64,000 bases of DNA from Podospora anserina (taxonomy: Eukaryota): positions 1,054,001 to 1,118,000 of the forward strand of contig CM030335.1 of assembly GCA_017654855.1 (NCBI GenBank). Direction: 5' to 3'. Numbering within the stretch: the stretch's first letter is position 1; the number at the start of each line of letters is the position of its first letter. Shown here piece by piece: positions 11,942-29,390 of this stretch. Position numbers and translations under genes: made by a program. Below the pieces are notes generated by a model, which was not told where the DNA came from, made no database searches, and saw only the letters and a program-made list of their open reading frames with translations.

Positions 11942-14802
11942 GCTTTTTGGTTCTGGCGAATTGTGGTTGTGGCGTCGCGATGCCCAAAAGTCAAAATGCT
12001 GTTGCAAGGCAAATTTTGGCCGCTTCTTTGCTTCCAAAAAATCTCGGACGGCCTTTGAGCCCCACCACAAAGCTGGGCAGATGCAGCCAATCATGAGCTT
12101 ACCTTTGATACGGTAAGGCTTATCGCAAGGCCCCCCATTCAAGAGCCTTGCAGCAGCACCTTGAGAGCTTCTCCAAATTTACAGGAGATCATTTGAGCAC
12201 ACTTACAATGACATGGATGTCTTGTTCTTAGGTCTTCATTCTCGCCAATTGAATTTGTCTACCTCTCAACCATTGATGGCACAGTTATTCCATGATACGC
12301 ACACCAACAACAGCAGCGACGGGACGTTTGCCCGATGGCTTCGCCCGCATTTTTTATCTCTAGCATCAAGTCGACTTGAGTAGAAATACCAATCTGAACT
12401 TGACCACCTTGTACTCGGAACCACACCACCTTCGCTGCATGGGCTGGCTCAAACAACACCTAGTATACGGGCCGCGACGATCTTCTCCAATGGTTATCTT
12501 GCCGACGGGAGGCTTCACGGTCATTACTCCGGATCGCCCACAGCATGAAGCGCGCATTGACTATCAATGACTCTACTGAACGAAAGCTAAGATCACTGGC
12601 CAGCTCCCCATCGACACCTTCCAATTCGAAATTCGGGATGGCGTTTGTGCAGCCGGAATCGCAGAAAAAGTGAAGATCGCAAAACTCTCTCAATCGTGGC
12701 TGGTTACAGCACATCAAGAACCCCGCAAAGACGACCGGTATAGCCTTGAGCAACTTTGATCACGCATTACGAAGACCAGCAAGCCGAGCCGACAGCAACG
12801 ACGCGGAAGCAAGAGACTTCTTCCGGGCTGCGCGATGTGCGCCAGTCCCCTGTTTCGCTTCGCTTCAGACACAAGCCGTGAAGTATACGTAGAGATATCT
12901 GATGCCGTTAGGCCTATAAGAGGCAGACACGCGTATTCCCGAAGCTATGTGACGCTGAAAAGCTTCTTTCAATCTTCATCAGATGGTCACGAGACAATCA
13001 GGCATGTTGTGCTCCTCAAAGCTGGACTTCCACCAATCGATGCCTCGAATGGAGGAACCGTCCCTCATCTTCAACGGCGCTGACCCTGGCCTCAGATCCC
13101 TGGTCCAGGCCCTCTTGGGGGTCCAAGCGGGGGGAAAGCACCAGCCACTGACGCTGCGCAAGGATTGTTTCGGTCTTGAAACACCCTTGGTCACTTGTCT
13201 CTAATCTTTCGGTACTCTATCTGTCCATGTACACCAGGACGAAGCAGCAACCCTCTCTCGACTCGTCTGCGTAACCGGCCAATAACGAAAGTCCAAGATG
13301 AACTTTTGGGACAAAACAGATGGGCAGACTCGACCATCTCTCTGCAGGGGACGGGAAATGTCCCGAATGAAATGTAAGGCCCAAGATAGCGTCGTCGCTT
13401 TGGTCGCTTGAACGGGTCAAAAATTTCTTTCCAAAATATTCTCAAGTCTGAAGAGGCCGGCGGAAGCTGCCGCCTTCTACGGCGGGGCCAGTAAGATGGA
13501 CGAATTCCCCCACGTGGAGGCACTGTCCGTCTCAGAGGTCAAAACTTTCGGACCAAGAACATGAATGCTACTCTCCCGACGGTACTGCAGATGCAGAGGA
13601 AAACGACATGCCTATCCGCCGAATCACGGTTGCTGTAGAAAGTCCTCGCGTGCGTGAGGTAGGAGGTTTGTCCTCAAGATATTATCCCAGAGGGCGTGTC
13701 AAGTGGCAACACGACTTCTTGTCACGCAATGCGAGTCAGTATTTTACCAAAGCTCTCTCTTGGCTTTAGACCGTTTACGTAGCACCAAGACAACGGCAAG
13801 CCACGACGGGCATATTGTTATACAATCCTAACTTGGCACTCAAAGCTATGAAGCCGTTCCCGTCCCGCCTCTTCCTCTGCTGTCCATCGTCGAAGGGGAC
13901 CGATGGCCGGAGGGAAGACCGGCAGCTACGGAGCTTGATCAGTCAGTTCTGTACTCTGTGCAGACAGTGGGTAGATCTGATCTTGAGATCTCAATTCCCA
14001 AGCGAAGGGTCGGAAAAAGAAGGACAAGCCTTTCTGTGATGCTTCCTAGCGCCCTACCTGTACGGAATAGGTAACTGTGATCGTGTGTTAAGTATGTACA
14101 CAGACTCGGTTGGACGGGTTCACGGACACACAACCGAGGAGAGTTGGTCGCGATAAGCTTTTTGCCAGGGACTCCTTGTGGTTTCGGTGCATCTGCAAAT
14201 GGAGGGACGCACTCGACGCACTCTGCAGCATGTGCTCCCATGTGCCATGTCCCTGCCCAGACGAACCCAGCCCCAATTTGTGGCCGTAGGGGTCCACTAA
14301 ACCGCATGGTACCCCACCAGCGTCGCAGCAGGTACGGGTACCTGTAGACTCTTCCAAGCTTACAAGGTTGAACAAAGTACTGATGACACCCGCCGAGCCC
14401 GAGGGAACTGGCAGGCTCTTGTTCTTCGCCTCCCTCCGGTTCCAGCACAAGCGTTGGTTCCAGGTTTATCACTTGCTCAGAAACCCCAAATTCTTAGGCC
14501 TCTTTCAGCATCCCCAATTCCCTCTGTTTCTTCTCTTCGACACTAATTGCTTCGAGTCGAGTCAAATCGACCGCTGCGGTTGAAACAACTCCAGAATCAT
14601 CGGCAGCTTACCCGGTACCAAAACAATCGAGAGCGCTGCCCTGCCGACTGTACCCGCCCTTGCATAGGATTCGTCAATTTGTCGTCATCGCCCACTGAAC
14701 CACCGCTTCCCCAAGCATCTTTTGTGAAACTGGCATATAGGTATTATCGGGGCATTTGTTTTCTTGCAAGACATCTGGAATCCCCGACAAGTCAAGAGAG
14801 GA

Positions 14803-16360
14803 ATGAAATACGGGGAGCAGTTCGAACAGGAGTCTGTTCCGCAATGGAGCCTTTGTAAGTTTGCAAACCCGCCACAACCGCCGCCTCTCGAAACCACATC
14901 TTCTAACCTGCGCCGACATGGCAGATAACATTGACTACAACTCTCTAAAACACCACATCAAAACGCACACGACAAAGGACCAAGCGACGGCCATAGCGAT
15001 CCCGGGACACCAAGACACCGCCCTCAGCAAGTTCGAGGAAGGCTTCTATGGCGAGCTGTGTCGCCAACATGACCGAGTCGACCTCTTCGTCTCCAGCAAG
15101 GCTGACGAGATCTCGCGGCGCCTCCAGCACTCGTCCAATCAGATTCACCGCCTAATAGTACGCTGCGCAACATCAGGCCGGAGCACCATCTCGATCAAAC
15201 GACAGCGGCGGTTTGTCAAGTACGAGCAGGAACTCCTCCAGTGCGGCGACGACATCCGCTCCCTGCGGCGCTTTGTCGACGCGCAGATCGTGGCGTTCCG
15301 CAAGATACTCAAAAAGTACAGAAAATGGACCGGGTCGTCGACGCTGGGGACACGCTTCAGGGACAACGTCTTGTCGCACCCCAAAAGCTTCACGCGGTGC
15401 GACTTTTCGCACTTGCAGGCCAGGTATGACGACTTGCTGGTCACGCTTCGGGCAGCATCGCCTGCCGACATGAGCGGGATTGGCTCCCCGACCCCCGAGC
15501 CGACGGTCGACCCGCGCGATCGGCAGAGCTCCCCGAGCGAGGCGACGGTTGTGAGCGAGTCACAGGTGGTGTACTGGAATGAGTACGACTGCGGAAGCGA
15601 GGCGGGGGACAACGACAGGAGGGATGAGGATTATGCTATTTATATTGACCCGAACGAGGACATGAGCTTCCCCGGCATGAAGGCTCTTGGGAATCTTTTC
15701 TCCAACCCGGTCAAGAAGTTGAACTCAGCCTGGATGTCGATTCGATCGGTGCGGTCGAGGGAGTCTCCCTTGAGCGATGATATCGAGCGCGGACCACTCT
15801 TGCCGACTGACTCGACCGTTTCGACGTACGGTTCGACTCGTGCGAAGCCATTCTCTACCGAGCCGAGCTACTTTACGATACCGCCTGGTAGTAGGGGTGG
15901 CCAGTCCGACACTGATGTGGAGGAGGATGCCAACTACTCCAACCGCCACAGTCGGAGGGGGTCGTATGGGTATGCTTCCTCGGAAGATCAGTTTCCTACC
16001 GGCTATCGTCCTCACTATGCTGCTCTGCCGAGCATCAATGACCAGCGCATTGAGCAGTACAGGGAAAACATGTTTTTCTGGATCACGTGGGGCTGCTACG
16101 CTGTTGCGTATGTCTTGATGGGGATTGCGACTGTGCTCATCACGGCGGGGCGTAACAAGAAGCGGCTTGAGGTGGACGCGGGTGTGACGCTGGGCATCAT
16201 GACTTCTCTGGGGCTGGCATGTGCGGCGATTTGTATGACGGTGGCCAGGCAGGAAAGGATGGGATGGGTTGGGCTGGTGGCGACGTGGATTGCGTTTGCG
16301 GGGATATGTACGGCCAATGGGGTGTTGCTTGTGCTTGTGGTTGGGAATGCTCCTCTATGA
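14803..16360 (+). CDS. SPX-domain protein with C-terminal three-TM segment (VTC-like architecture)
   Basis: MKYGEQFEQESVPQWSL|YNIDYNSLKHHIK across intron 14855-14924; AFRKILKKYRK SPX lysine cluster; hydrophobic C-terminus. Confidence 0.85.
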
Positions 16361-16979
16361 TCAAAGTCTGAGGGAAGGGGTGATAGCCTGATGATCTTGA
16401 GACGAGAGATCTCTTTTTTTTCCCTTTTTTTCTTCTCTTTGGTATTGGGTCATTTTGTATATAACTGTACGGGTTGCGCATTACATCGGATGGGGTCTCC
16501 TGGGTGAGGGAGGCTGTTTTCCGCCATGGGAGCAAAGGTTGCATGATACCAGGTTGGTTTTTTCTTCTTTTCTTTTTGAGTATACAAATGCGGCATACAT
16601 TTGGTGGGGAAGGGGGGGCAGGGGGGCGCTTTGAAGGGTAAAAGCAAAGCGGGATATTGTTGAGATGGTTAGCTGTACCTTTAGTGTATGTAATAGTAAC
16701 AACAGCAGAGGTTTTGTCATTCACTCTCATATAAGACGAAGACTTGATGTTGTGTGAGCAAGCAATCCAACCCCCACTTCACGAATGAAACCAATTGAAT
16801 TTCCCCTCATCCACTTAAACGGTCCCTCACTTAAACCCCGCGCTTCACATTCCACCAACCATCCAACAAACATTTCAGACCTTTTCAACACCCTAGTTAT
16901 TGAATGACCTCACCTCTCTCTCTTGCCTCCATACTAACTAACTAACCCCTGACTTTTTTTTTTTGTTTCTGTTTCCACA

Positions 16980-18498
16980 ATGAGCGACGAAGACCGCCCC
17001 AGCAGCAGCAGCAGCAAAAGGGCGTCCCTCCTCAGGCTCAAGTCCAAGGTGAAGGAAGTGAAACAAGTCGTCATGTCCTCCCAGCTACCGCAGACGCACT
17101 ACAAGAAGGAGGTGACGCGGCCGACTCGGCTGACGGGGCTGTTTCCTAATACAACCAACCCGGTTGTGTTCTCTGCGCCGATGCTAGGGACGGCGAACGG
17201 GAGGTTGGCGGCCGAGGTGAGCAAGGCGGGGGGGTTTGGTATGTTTCCCCCTTCTCTCTCTCTGTCAATGTGAAAAGGGGGTGCTGCTGCTGATGATGAT
17301 GATGGTGGTGATGATGATGATAGGGTTCATCCCCGCGGGATATAACTTCAACCCCAAATCCGGACCGGATCATCTAGGGCAGTTGGGGGAGGAGCTGAAA
17401 ATCGCGAGGAAGGTGCTGGATTTGGAGCAGGCGACGCTGACGGCTGTCCCGGTGGGGGTGGGGTTCATTCTTTGTCATGAGAGTGCGAGGACGCATTTTA
17501 TCGAGAGGGCTATTCCCGTTTTGCAGGAGTATTCCCCCCAGGCGGTGTGGCTTTTTGCTCCGAGAGTGGAGGATGTGGAAGGGGGGGTGGTGAGGGGGAT
17601 TATTGACGTGTTGCATGATAATGGGTTTGTGGTTTTTTACCAGGTCGGGACGGTGAAGGCGGTGAAAGAGGCGGTTAGGGATGGGGCGGATGTGGTTGTT
17701 GCTCAGGGGACGGATGCGGGGGGGCATCAGTTTGCTAGGGGGGCGGGGACGATGAGTTTTTTGAGGGAGGTGGTGGAGGTTGTTAAGGGGGAGAAGGAGA
17801 GGACGGGGAGGGAGGTGGAGGTTGTGGGGGCGGGGGGGGTTGTGGATGGGAGGGGGGTGGTGGCTGCGTTGGCTTTGGGTGAGTACCCAGCTGGGATTGA
17901 GAGAGAAGGGGACGGGGGCTGACTAGAGGGTTATACAGGGGCTGATGCGGTTGTTATGGGGACGAGGGTGAATTTTGAGCTTCGGGATGGGACATGGAAT
18001 GAGGCTGACAAGGAGATAGTTCATTCTCGCTGAGGAGGCGACGACGCCAAAGTTTAAGCAGGAGCTGATTGCAAAGACAACGGACGGGGCCTCGTCAACT
18101 TTCAAGTAAGAATAGCAGTTGTGGAAATCTTTTGGGGGTCAGGGCTGACATGACGACAGACATACGGTCATGGACGACATTCAGGGCACCACCATCTGGC
18201 CAAAGATCTATGACGGCCGAGCCATTGTTGGGGGTTCGGTTGAGGACCATCTTAACGGGGTGCCAGTGGAGGACAACATCCGGCTATTCAAGGAAGCTGC
18301 AGAGAAGGGCGAGACGGACAGGACGATTACTTGGGCGTAAGTACGCACGGCAGTTTTAGAAACGGAATATATTTGCTAACAGTCATCAGTGGAAGCGGCG
18401 TGGGATTGGTCAGCAAGATCCAGCCGGCAGGTGAGATTGTCAAGGAAGTGCGCGAAGAAGCGCTTCAACGCATCAAGGAACTGCAAACATTGTTTTAA
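16980..18498 (+). CDS. Nitronate monooxygenase / 2-nitropropane dioxygenase family
   Basis: SAPMLGTANGRLAAEVSKAGGFG, GADVVVAQGTDAGGH, GAGGVVDGRGVVAALALG, GADAVVMGTR; multiple short introns; start could be 17073. Confidence 0.88.
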
Positions 18499-18596
18499 AC
18501 GCCTATTTTCGTGTATAACCATAGATCATCAACGCATTTCTAAACCAACGCCGCTCGCTCGTCTGTTTATGTACATTTCATTCGTCACACATCATC

Positions 18597-20626
18597 TTAC
18601 AAATCCTCCTTCGCGCCAGTTTGCTTCTCTACCGCCGGCTCATCCTCGCCATCTCTGGAGTAGACCTTCTTTCCCGCAACCCAGGTCTCCCTCACCTTCA
18701 AGAACCTGATTTCTTCCTCCCCTATCTTCAAAACATCCTCGTCCATCACCACCCAATCGGCGAATCCCCCCTCCCTGATCACACCGGCCTTCTTCTCCCA
18801 AAACGCCGCGTGGGCAGGGCCCCTGGTAAACCCGTCAAATGCCTGCCGCACGCTCAACCCTTCCTGCTCTTTATACCACCCACCTTCCCACCCTGGCGGT
18901 CCAATGCCTGTATGTGGACTCTTCCTCGTAACGGCAGCATATACTCCCTCAAAGGGATTCGGCGGCTCCACGGGGAAGTCACTCCCCAGCACCGGCGGCC
19001 CAACATCCCACATGGACCTCATCCTGTACGCCTCCTTCGCGATCCTTTCCTTACCCAGCCGTTCCTCCGCATAGGCCATATCAGAAGTAGCGTGGGTAGG
19101 CTGGATGCTGGGTATGATTCCCAGCTCTCTCATCCGGGCTTGATCGTCTGGGTGAATGATTTGTGCGTGCTCGATGCGGAAACGGCAGCTGATCTGCTGG
19201 CACATCTTGGGTGGGATGCCGTAAGGGCAGACCTCGAGGTCGTCGAGGGCCTTGGCTAAGGAGTCAATGGCGTGGCGGTTGGCCAGGTCACCGATGGCGT
19301 GGATGTTGACTTGATACTTGGCCTTTGCCCAGGAGAGGGCGAGGGAGTGGAGGGTGCTGGCATTGACGAGGAGAGAGCCAGAGGTAGAAGGACGGTCCGA
19401 GTAAGGGTCGATCATGGCGCTGCCCCAGGAACCGAGGGCACCATCTGTTTTCTGTCAGCAATACCAAAAAAAAACAAAAAAAAACAGAGACATACCAGCA
19501 AAAAGCTTCACACTCCCCACCCTCAACCACCCCCCTTCCAAATCCACCTTCCTCGCCGCCTCTGGACAGAAAGTGTTTCTCTCCGGGCACTCAACCATGG
19601 CATACACCCTCACCGTCCACTCCTCTTTGTCCTTCTTCACCATCTCCTCATAGAGATCAATATCCCTCGGCAGCACACCCGCATCATGCATCCCCACCAG
19701 TCCAACTTTGTTCAACTCCCTCATCGCACTGCCCACAAACTTCTTTTTCTGGGCGGCGTTTGGTTTGGGCCACAAACCAGTAACAATATCCATAGCATTA
19801 TCACAAAACACGCCCATCCCCGGCTCCCTCACAATCTCCCCCCCTGGAACCTCCCCAGGCAATTTGTCTATATCAATCAAATCCAGAACCGCCTGCGAAA
19901 CCCAAGTACAGTGCACATCCACCCGATCCAGCATAAAGAACTTATCCCTCAACTCCTCATCATCACTCAGCCAGTCCTATCCCTTTCTCGTCAGCGGACC
20001 CCCCCCCCTCCCTTTTTCTTATGTGTAAAAGTGTAACTCACAGCAGTAGGCATCCCCTCCCTCAACAACCCCTGATCCCACCCCACCCCCCTAACCCAAT
20101 TCCCCCTTGATCCAACCCCCCCCTCCCCCTTTCGTGACTCTAAATACTTTTTTATTCTCGCTTTCACCTCCTCCTTCGACCTGGCCCCAAACAAATCCAC
20201 CCCGTGCAAAAACTCGCCGTATTGTAACAAATGTCCGTGTCCGTCCCACAATCCGGGGAGTACATACCCCTTCCTCTTGTTCTCTTCTCCTTTGCTGGAA
20301 AAAACACGTGTTATGAGGCCAGTGGAGGGGTCAACACCGAGGCAGTTCCCTTGCTCCTCCCCTGTCCTGTCAGAGGCAAAGGAGGTGGTGATGGGGTGGT
20401 CGTAGCAGTGGATTATCTCCTCCTCTTTCGTAGCGGTTACCGAGGCGAGAAAGGTTGTGAGAGAAGAGGTGTATTTATCCCAAGTGTAAGCAACGTCAAC
20501 AGGGAGCTGGTAGACCACCATCTCAGCCAACTGCACCGGTCCATGACGGTACAGCAGGGCGGACAACAGCCCCGCCAAAGCGAGGGTTGCCAGCCCCAGC
20601 AGGAGGCGGAGGGGTGATAAGGCCAT
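18597..20626 (-). CDS. Amidohydrolase-3 (YtcJ-like) metal-dependent hydrolase with N-terminal signal/anchor
   Basis: LPGLWDGHGH, GVGWDQ, LDRVDVH, KLFA|DGALGS, IHAIGD, RIEHAQ, QPTH, GSDFPVE; two introns. Confidence 0.9.
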
Positions 20627-21306
20627 GAATCGCTTTTCTCTTGTCCCAGGTATCCTAAGTCAAGGTAGACGTCACAAGCGGAAGGGGTGGTTTGAAAAAT
20701 TATACAGGAAATAATTTTTTTTTTTTTAAAAAAAAAAGTCAACGTCAGGTCGAAATCAAGCTGCACCTCCAGGAAGTCTCGTCTCCACCACCAAACTCTC
20801 AGCCCGCCTGCAGACACCGATTGATCGGCGCCGGGCCGATGCTCGCCGGGCTCTGCCTGCCGCCCTTTGCATTTGAAGACATTAATTATACCCCCAGATG
20901 AGCAGTGAACTCGATACATGAAGAGAGCATTTTAACACTGACTCATATTCCATAAAATGCATGCTAAACAGCTAGCTAGCCAAAGTTTACAGATAACCCC
21001 CTCCCGCTCTCTTCCCTGCCGGTCAACAAGTAACCCAGCCGTTTACAACTTATTCATCCCCCCAAACTTAACGATTGATCCTCCCTCATCCACCAACACC
21101 CATGCGTGTTTCTATACTTACAATTTTCCCCATCCATCACCCCCCCCCACCTTCTTCCACCACACAACACAAACATCACCCGGTGAAGAGCTTTGAAAAT
21201 GAATGATGCCTCCCCTCCCCCCCTTAACCTTAACACAACCAATGTAGTATGGAAAAAGACACAAGAAAAAAAGAACAATCCACTTCAGCACGTTCATTAT
21301 GCTTAA

Positions 21307-21307
<1 letters not shown>

Positions 21308-21381
<74 letters not shown>
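21308..21381. repeat. Compound (CT)n(CA)n microsatellite just downstream of the RSP5 stop
   Basis: Direct reading. Confidence 0.95.
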
Positions 21382-21383
<2 letters not shown>

Positions 21384-21508
21384 GCCCAAAGGATACCTTC
21401 CCTTACCCTACTACCCGCTTGCCCTTCCCTAAACAACATATTGACCACCGAAAAAACAACATCAAACACCCTCAGCCCTCCCTTCTCCAAAACACCGCAA
21501 AAACAAAA

Positions 21509-24384
<2,876 letters not shown>

Positions 24385-26255
24385 GATTGCAGACAGTGCA
24401 AGTCACTCTCGCACGTGTGGCGTTGGTGTTTCTGTGCCCTTTTCGTCTGGACTTCTCCTGTCGTCCTTCGTCCGAGTGGGCGGTCCGCTGTTGGCGGGGA
24501 TGTGTGGTTGGCTGTCGGTCGAGCAAGGGGAGGTTCGCAACGAGAAAAGGCGGGATGAGATGCCGAGATGCGGGCGGCCAAAGCGCTCGGTGGTGGAGGG
24601 ATCTCGATTCGATGACTGACACTCAGCCGGGCGACGCGAATGAAGGCGCGATGAGGTGCTAGACTGCGTGTTGTAGATGCATGCGCAGCATTAAACGATG
24701 GGGAGCGCAGCTGGGCCGTCGAGGGATTGTGAGAGTGGTGAGTATGGTATGGTGAGGCTGTGCTTGTTGCTCTTCTGTCCCGGGCCCCCCCCCGCTTTGG
24801 GAACCTCTGTCGCTCGAGCCTGAGGCGGCGGGCGGCTAGTTTGTTACTGGTTGGAAGCGAGGCCGTGACGCAGTTAAGCCAGGTACCCTGTGTAAGGGCT
24901 AGGTGGTTCGAGTACCCCGTAGAGGGAGAGCTTTGTTCTGCTGGAATCTTGGAAAACGAAAAGACAAGACAAGACAAGACAAGACAAGACAAGAAAAGAG
25001 CAAGACAGCTTCAGTCCAGAGTAGCCAGAGCAGCCAGAGCAGCCAGAGCGGTCAAGCATACGGTGGTCATCAGAGAGAGCATGTGAGGTGTAGGGTGCGG
25101 TCATTGTGTCCCAAGCAGCTTTTGCCAGCGTTGCCTCCAGTACCTTCCTAGCACAGAAAAGGATCCATCCGTCCTTAGTGGATTCTGGAGGGGGATCGCG
25201 CAACTACTTTCTCGCACAGTGTGTTCCTCCTGCAGCGAAACAGTTACCCCTGAGTGATAGCCAGGTGGTGAGACTTTCTCTTCGTATCTTCCACGTGAGG
25301 CTTGCACGGCTTGTTCTTGCGCAAGTTTCGGGTCAGGCCGGCAATTCGATGTCGAATCTACTAATTGTTGTGGCGCTGGAAACACCGTCAACGAACTGTC
25401 TTGGGATTTCGAGGCTCGGTACACCGTGTTGGAATCAGATATGCACCGTGTAAGGATTGGTGGAACATGTCCCGAACCGTCAGACAGTTGCCCCTCGGAT
25501 TATTTGTGAATCAGCCTTTACGAGTATAAGAGCTCCCAGCCGGGATTTTTGCGAGAAATAACAAGGCATTCTTTGAGTCTGCCTGTAATCTCCGCGTATA
25601 GGCCTCACACATCCCAGACGGTTGCTTTTCATTCCGAAATAGGGGCCCTTTATCTTGTCGGAATCTACCACAATATCCAGACTCACTCACCATCAGGCCA
25701 TCTGGTACATACATAGAAATAAATAAGCGCAGGGTAGGGAAGCTAGGCTTCTGTTTCTATATTCGACATGCCGTTACTCCGCTAGTGCCCCAAGATGGAT
25801 GCCACACAGAAATCCACGCAACCAAGGGGCAAAGTCCGGCGGTTGGCAACCGGACAGAAGATGCCTAGCCACCAGGGTCCATCAACTTTGTATTTGATGA
25901 GTAATTGTACCCTTTTCTTTTTACCTATCCCCCCGACTCCTAAACCGAAGCAAACAATAATAGCAATTATCCACCATGTCCCGTCTCTTGATATACAACT
26001 TTGGACAATAAGGGTGTCGATTCGACTGTCCCTTCCAATGTTGCCCTAAGGGTTGACATTCCATTCACCTCGAGCCAGAGGAGACTCTAGAAACCTCCCT
26101 CTCATTGTCCGTAATGGCTTACCTCTCCAACCAGAATAACAACAATCCAATGGCCTCCGTGAACGCCAAAAACCCCTGGCTCCGGACAGGCGACAGACCT
26201 CTCCTTGACATCAATGCCACCCCGGGTACCGCTGAAATCTTCCACCCCTTGACGT

Positions 26256-27171
<916 letters not shown>

Positions 27172-28033
27172 TTTGGCTTTTCGGCTTTGAGTTGTGGAGA
27201 GCAGGAGTTGCGAAATTTGATCGGGTGGGGAGGGGGTTTCGAGGTTGCGAAGTTCTGTTGGGATGGCGGAAAGGACCTGAAATCGGGGCGGTTAGCATGA
27301 GACCTCGTGGTCGGGGTCATATGTAGATAGGCGTCACGGAGGCCCGGGGAACTATTCCCAATGACGCGAACACGCGCGGCAGCCACACGAAAACGCCAAG
27401 GGAGGTTGTATCAGATAAATCTCCCACCCAGCTGTTGAGGCGGAGAGACAGGCTTACCGGGATGTAAAGTGTAATTCTTCTGGTAAAATTTTGTCGTCGG
27501 GATAGGTCCTGCTTGTGCTTAAAACAGGAAAGAGAGGTGTAGCAAAGTTGCGATCAGAAGTCGTCGCCCTGGCCAGTTTGGGTCCGCAAGGCTGGGATCT
27601 CGTTGTAACTTGTAGCCGATCGGCGAATTGTCGGACTGGGGTCTGGGTTTGCGATTTCTCCTGGGTTAGGGTTGTGGTAACCATCAAGGTTCTTGCTAGC
27701 TTGATATGTGAAACATTTCCCCATGCAACAGCCTTCGTTGAAACAGAGTACGGTTCAATCTTCTTTATCGGCTTTGTTCGCCGGGGAACGGCGCCTTAGG
27801 TCAAACGACCTCATAAACGTTCACTTATCCCCAATTTTTCTGTCATTATGGGTTGTTTGCAGTCTGCGGCCGCAATAGCCTATCACCATGGGGGAAAGCA
27901 GGCAAACAAATGTGTACAGAAAGACCTGATGTCTATACAACAAGCTACCTAGCTACCATACTTGTATGTAAGATTTCCTCTTGTTATAACCTGATCCACT
28001 CATCTCGCAGTCAATATTCCCTTTTTCTTCTCA

Positions 28034-29390
28034 TCACAAAGCCCTCTCCGCCCACTCATCTCTCATATCATAGGCACTAACATCACTCCTCGTCTCATTC
28101 CTCCCGCTCACCCTCCTCCCATCAAAGAAAATCATCCTCCCATAAAACCTAATCCCCCCTTCCACCAACCCATCCCCCCAAAAACTTGATATAGCTCCCG
28201 TCACCCTCCTCATCATACCTACCCCCTTGCTCGTCCTCCCCCCTCCACCTGAGATAATGCCTCTCGTTCGAGGACTGATACGGCCGCTGCTCCAACCTCC
28301 AAATCCCCTCCACCGGACCCAGTACGAACGATCCCCAGAGGGCATTCCCATCCATAGTGACTGTCATTCTTGATTCACCCCTCTCGTCATAGCTAGGGTC
28401 TTCAGGTTGGAGTTCATAATTTCCGTTGAGGAGGCCGAGAGGCGGGAAGGATGCACTGCCCGGTGGGGTTGGAGTACTGGCTGTAGTTGTCATAGGTTGG
28501 TGAACCAGGATAGGGAGGGGGAGGGTCGTCGTTGGGGTTGGAGCTGCTGTAGGAGTTCCAAGTGGAAGGGGTGCTGCTGCTGTGCTTGGAGGGGCTGCTG
28601 TTTGATTTGGTGTGGCCGCCAAGGGGGCAGCTCCAGTTGCTACGGCGGGCAGTTTGGATCTGTCGGGAGGATGGAGGGGCGGGGGTTGACGAGGCGGGTG
28701 GTGGGCGGGATGAGCTGCTCGCGATGTGGGAGTCGCCTCTGCCTCGGGAGCAGCGGGCGGTTTGCTTTGTGCGTTGTATGGTGGGCTCAGGGGGGTGGCG
28801 GTGACGGCCTTGAGGAGACAGCGTGGGAGTCAGCTCTGCTTGCGGAGGTTGCCCCTCGACGGGCGGTCTGCTTCTTTGCGGGAGCTGGCTTGGCGGCAGG
28901 TGGCTTGGGGGCAGCCTTGGGTTTGGGAGTAGCGATTGTCCTCGCCTTCTTGGTAGCAGTTGCGCTACTCGGACCAGCGTGGGCGTTGTCATCGGTGGCC
29001 TTACGCTTGGTACCCCCCTTGGTAGTGGTGGTGGTCTGGTTCTTCAAAGCTTGCTTGGCTTCGCGGTCGCGCGTCGTCCACTCCTTCTTCAAGTCGGCCT
29101 CCAACTTGAGGACGGTTTTCGGCAGTCAACTTTCCACCATTGAGAGCTTCATACAGCCTCATCTTGGCTGTGCCCTTGTTCTTGGATGGTGGCAGGCCAT
29201 AATGTATCAGCTGAGCTTCACACCAGTGAGCAGGGTGGTCCTTTCAGCTGTCAGGTGTCCCATCAAACTGCGACTTGGTTTCTGGGACCGTGGCCTGACG
29301 ATGAAGATTGTGGCCGGAAGCTTCCACAAAGAATTCACCGTGGGCATATGACCAGTGGTCGCTGGTGACAGGTGGGACGACGGCAGCCAT
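28034..29390 (-). pseudogene. Disrupted gene for a conserved-looking fungal hypothetical protein
   Basis: ATG 29390; in-frame TGA 29246-29244 before KDHPAHWCEAQLIHYGLPPSKNKGTAKMRL; frameshifts near 29124, 28793, 28470 and 28178 join otherwise coherent segments (LKLEADLKKEW; LGLLNGNYEL..LWGSF..WRGED..YIKFLG; DGLVEGGIRFYG..FDGRR). Confidence 0.75.

Noticed and set aside
12250-13700. Coding-like composition between MPP10 and the SPX gene
   Set aside because: Only short ORFs, no motif or consistent splice model; tblastx would be needed to test for a relic gene.
28407-29351. 314-aa plus-strand ORF
   Set aside because: Antisense to the minus-strand pseudogene, which carries the protein-like motifs.
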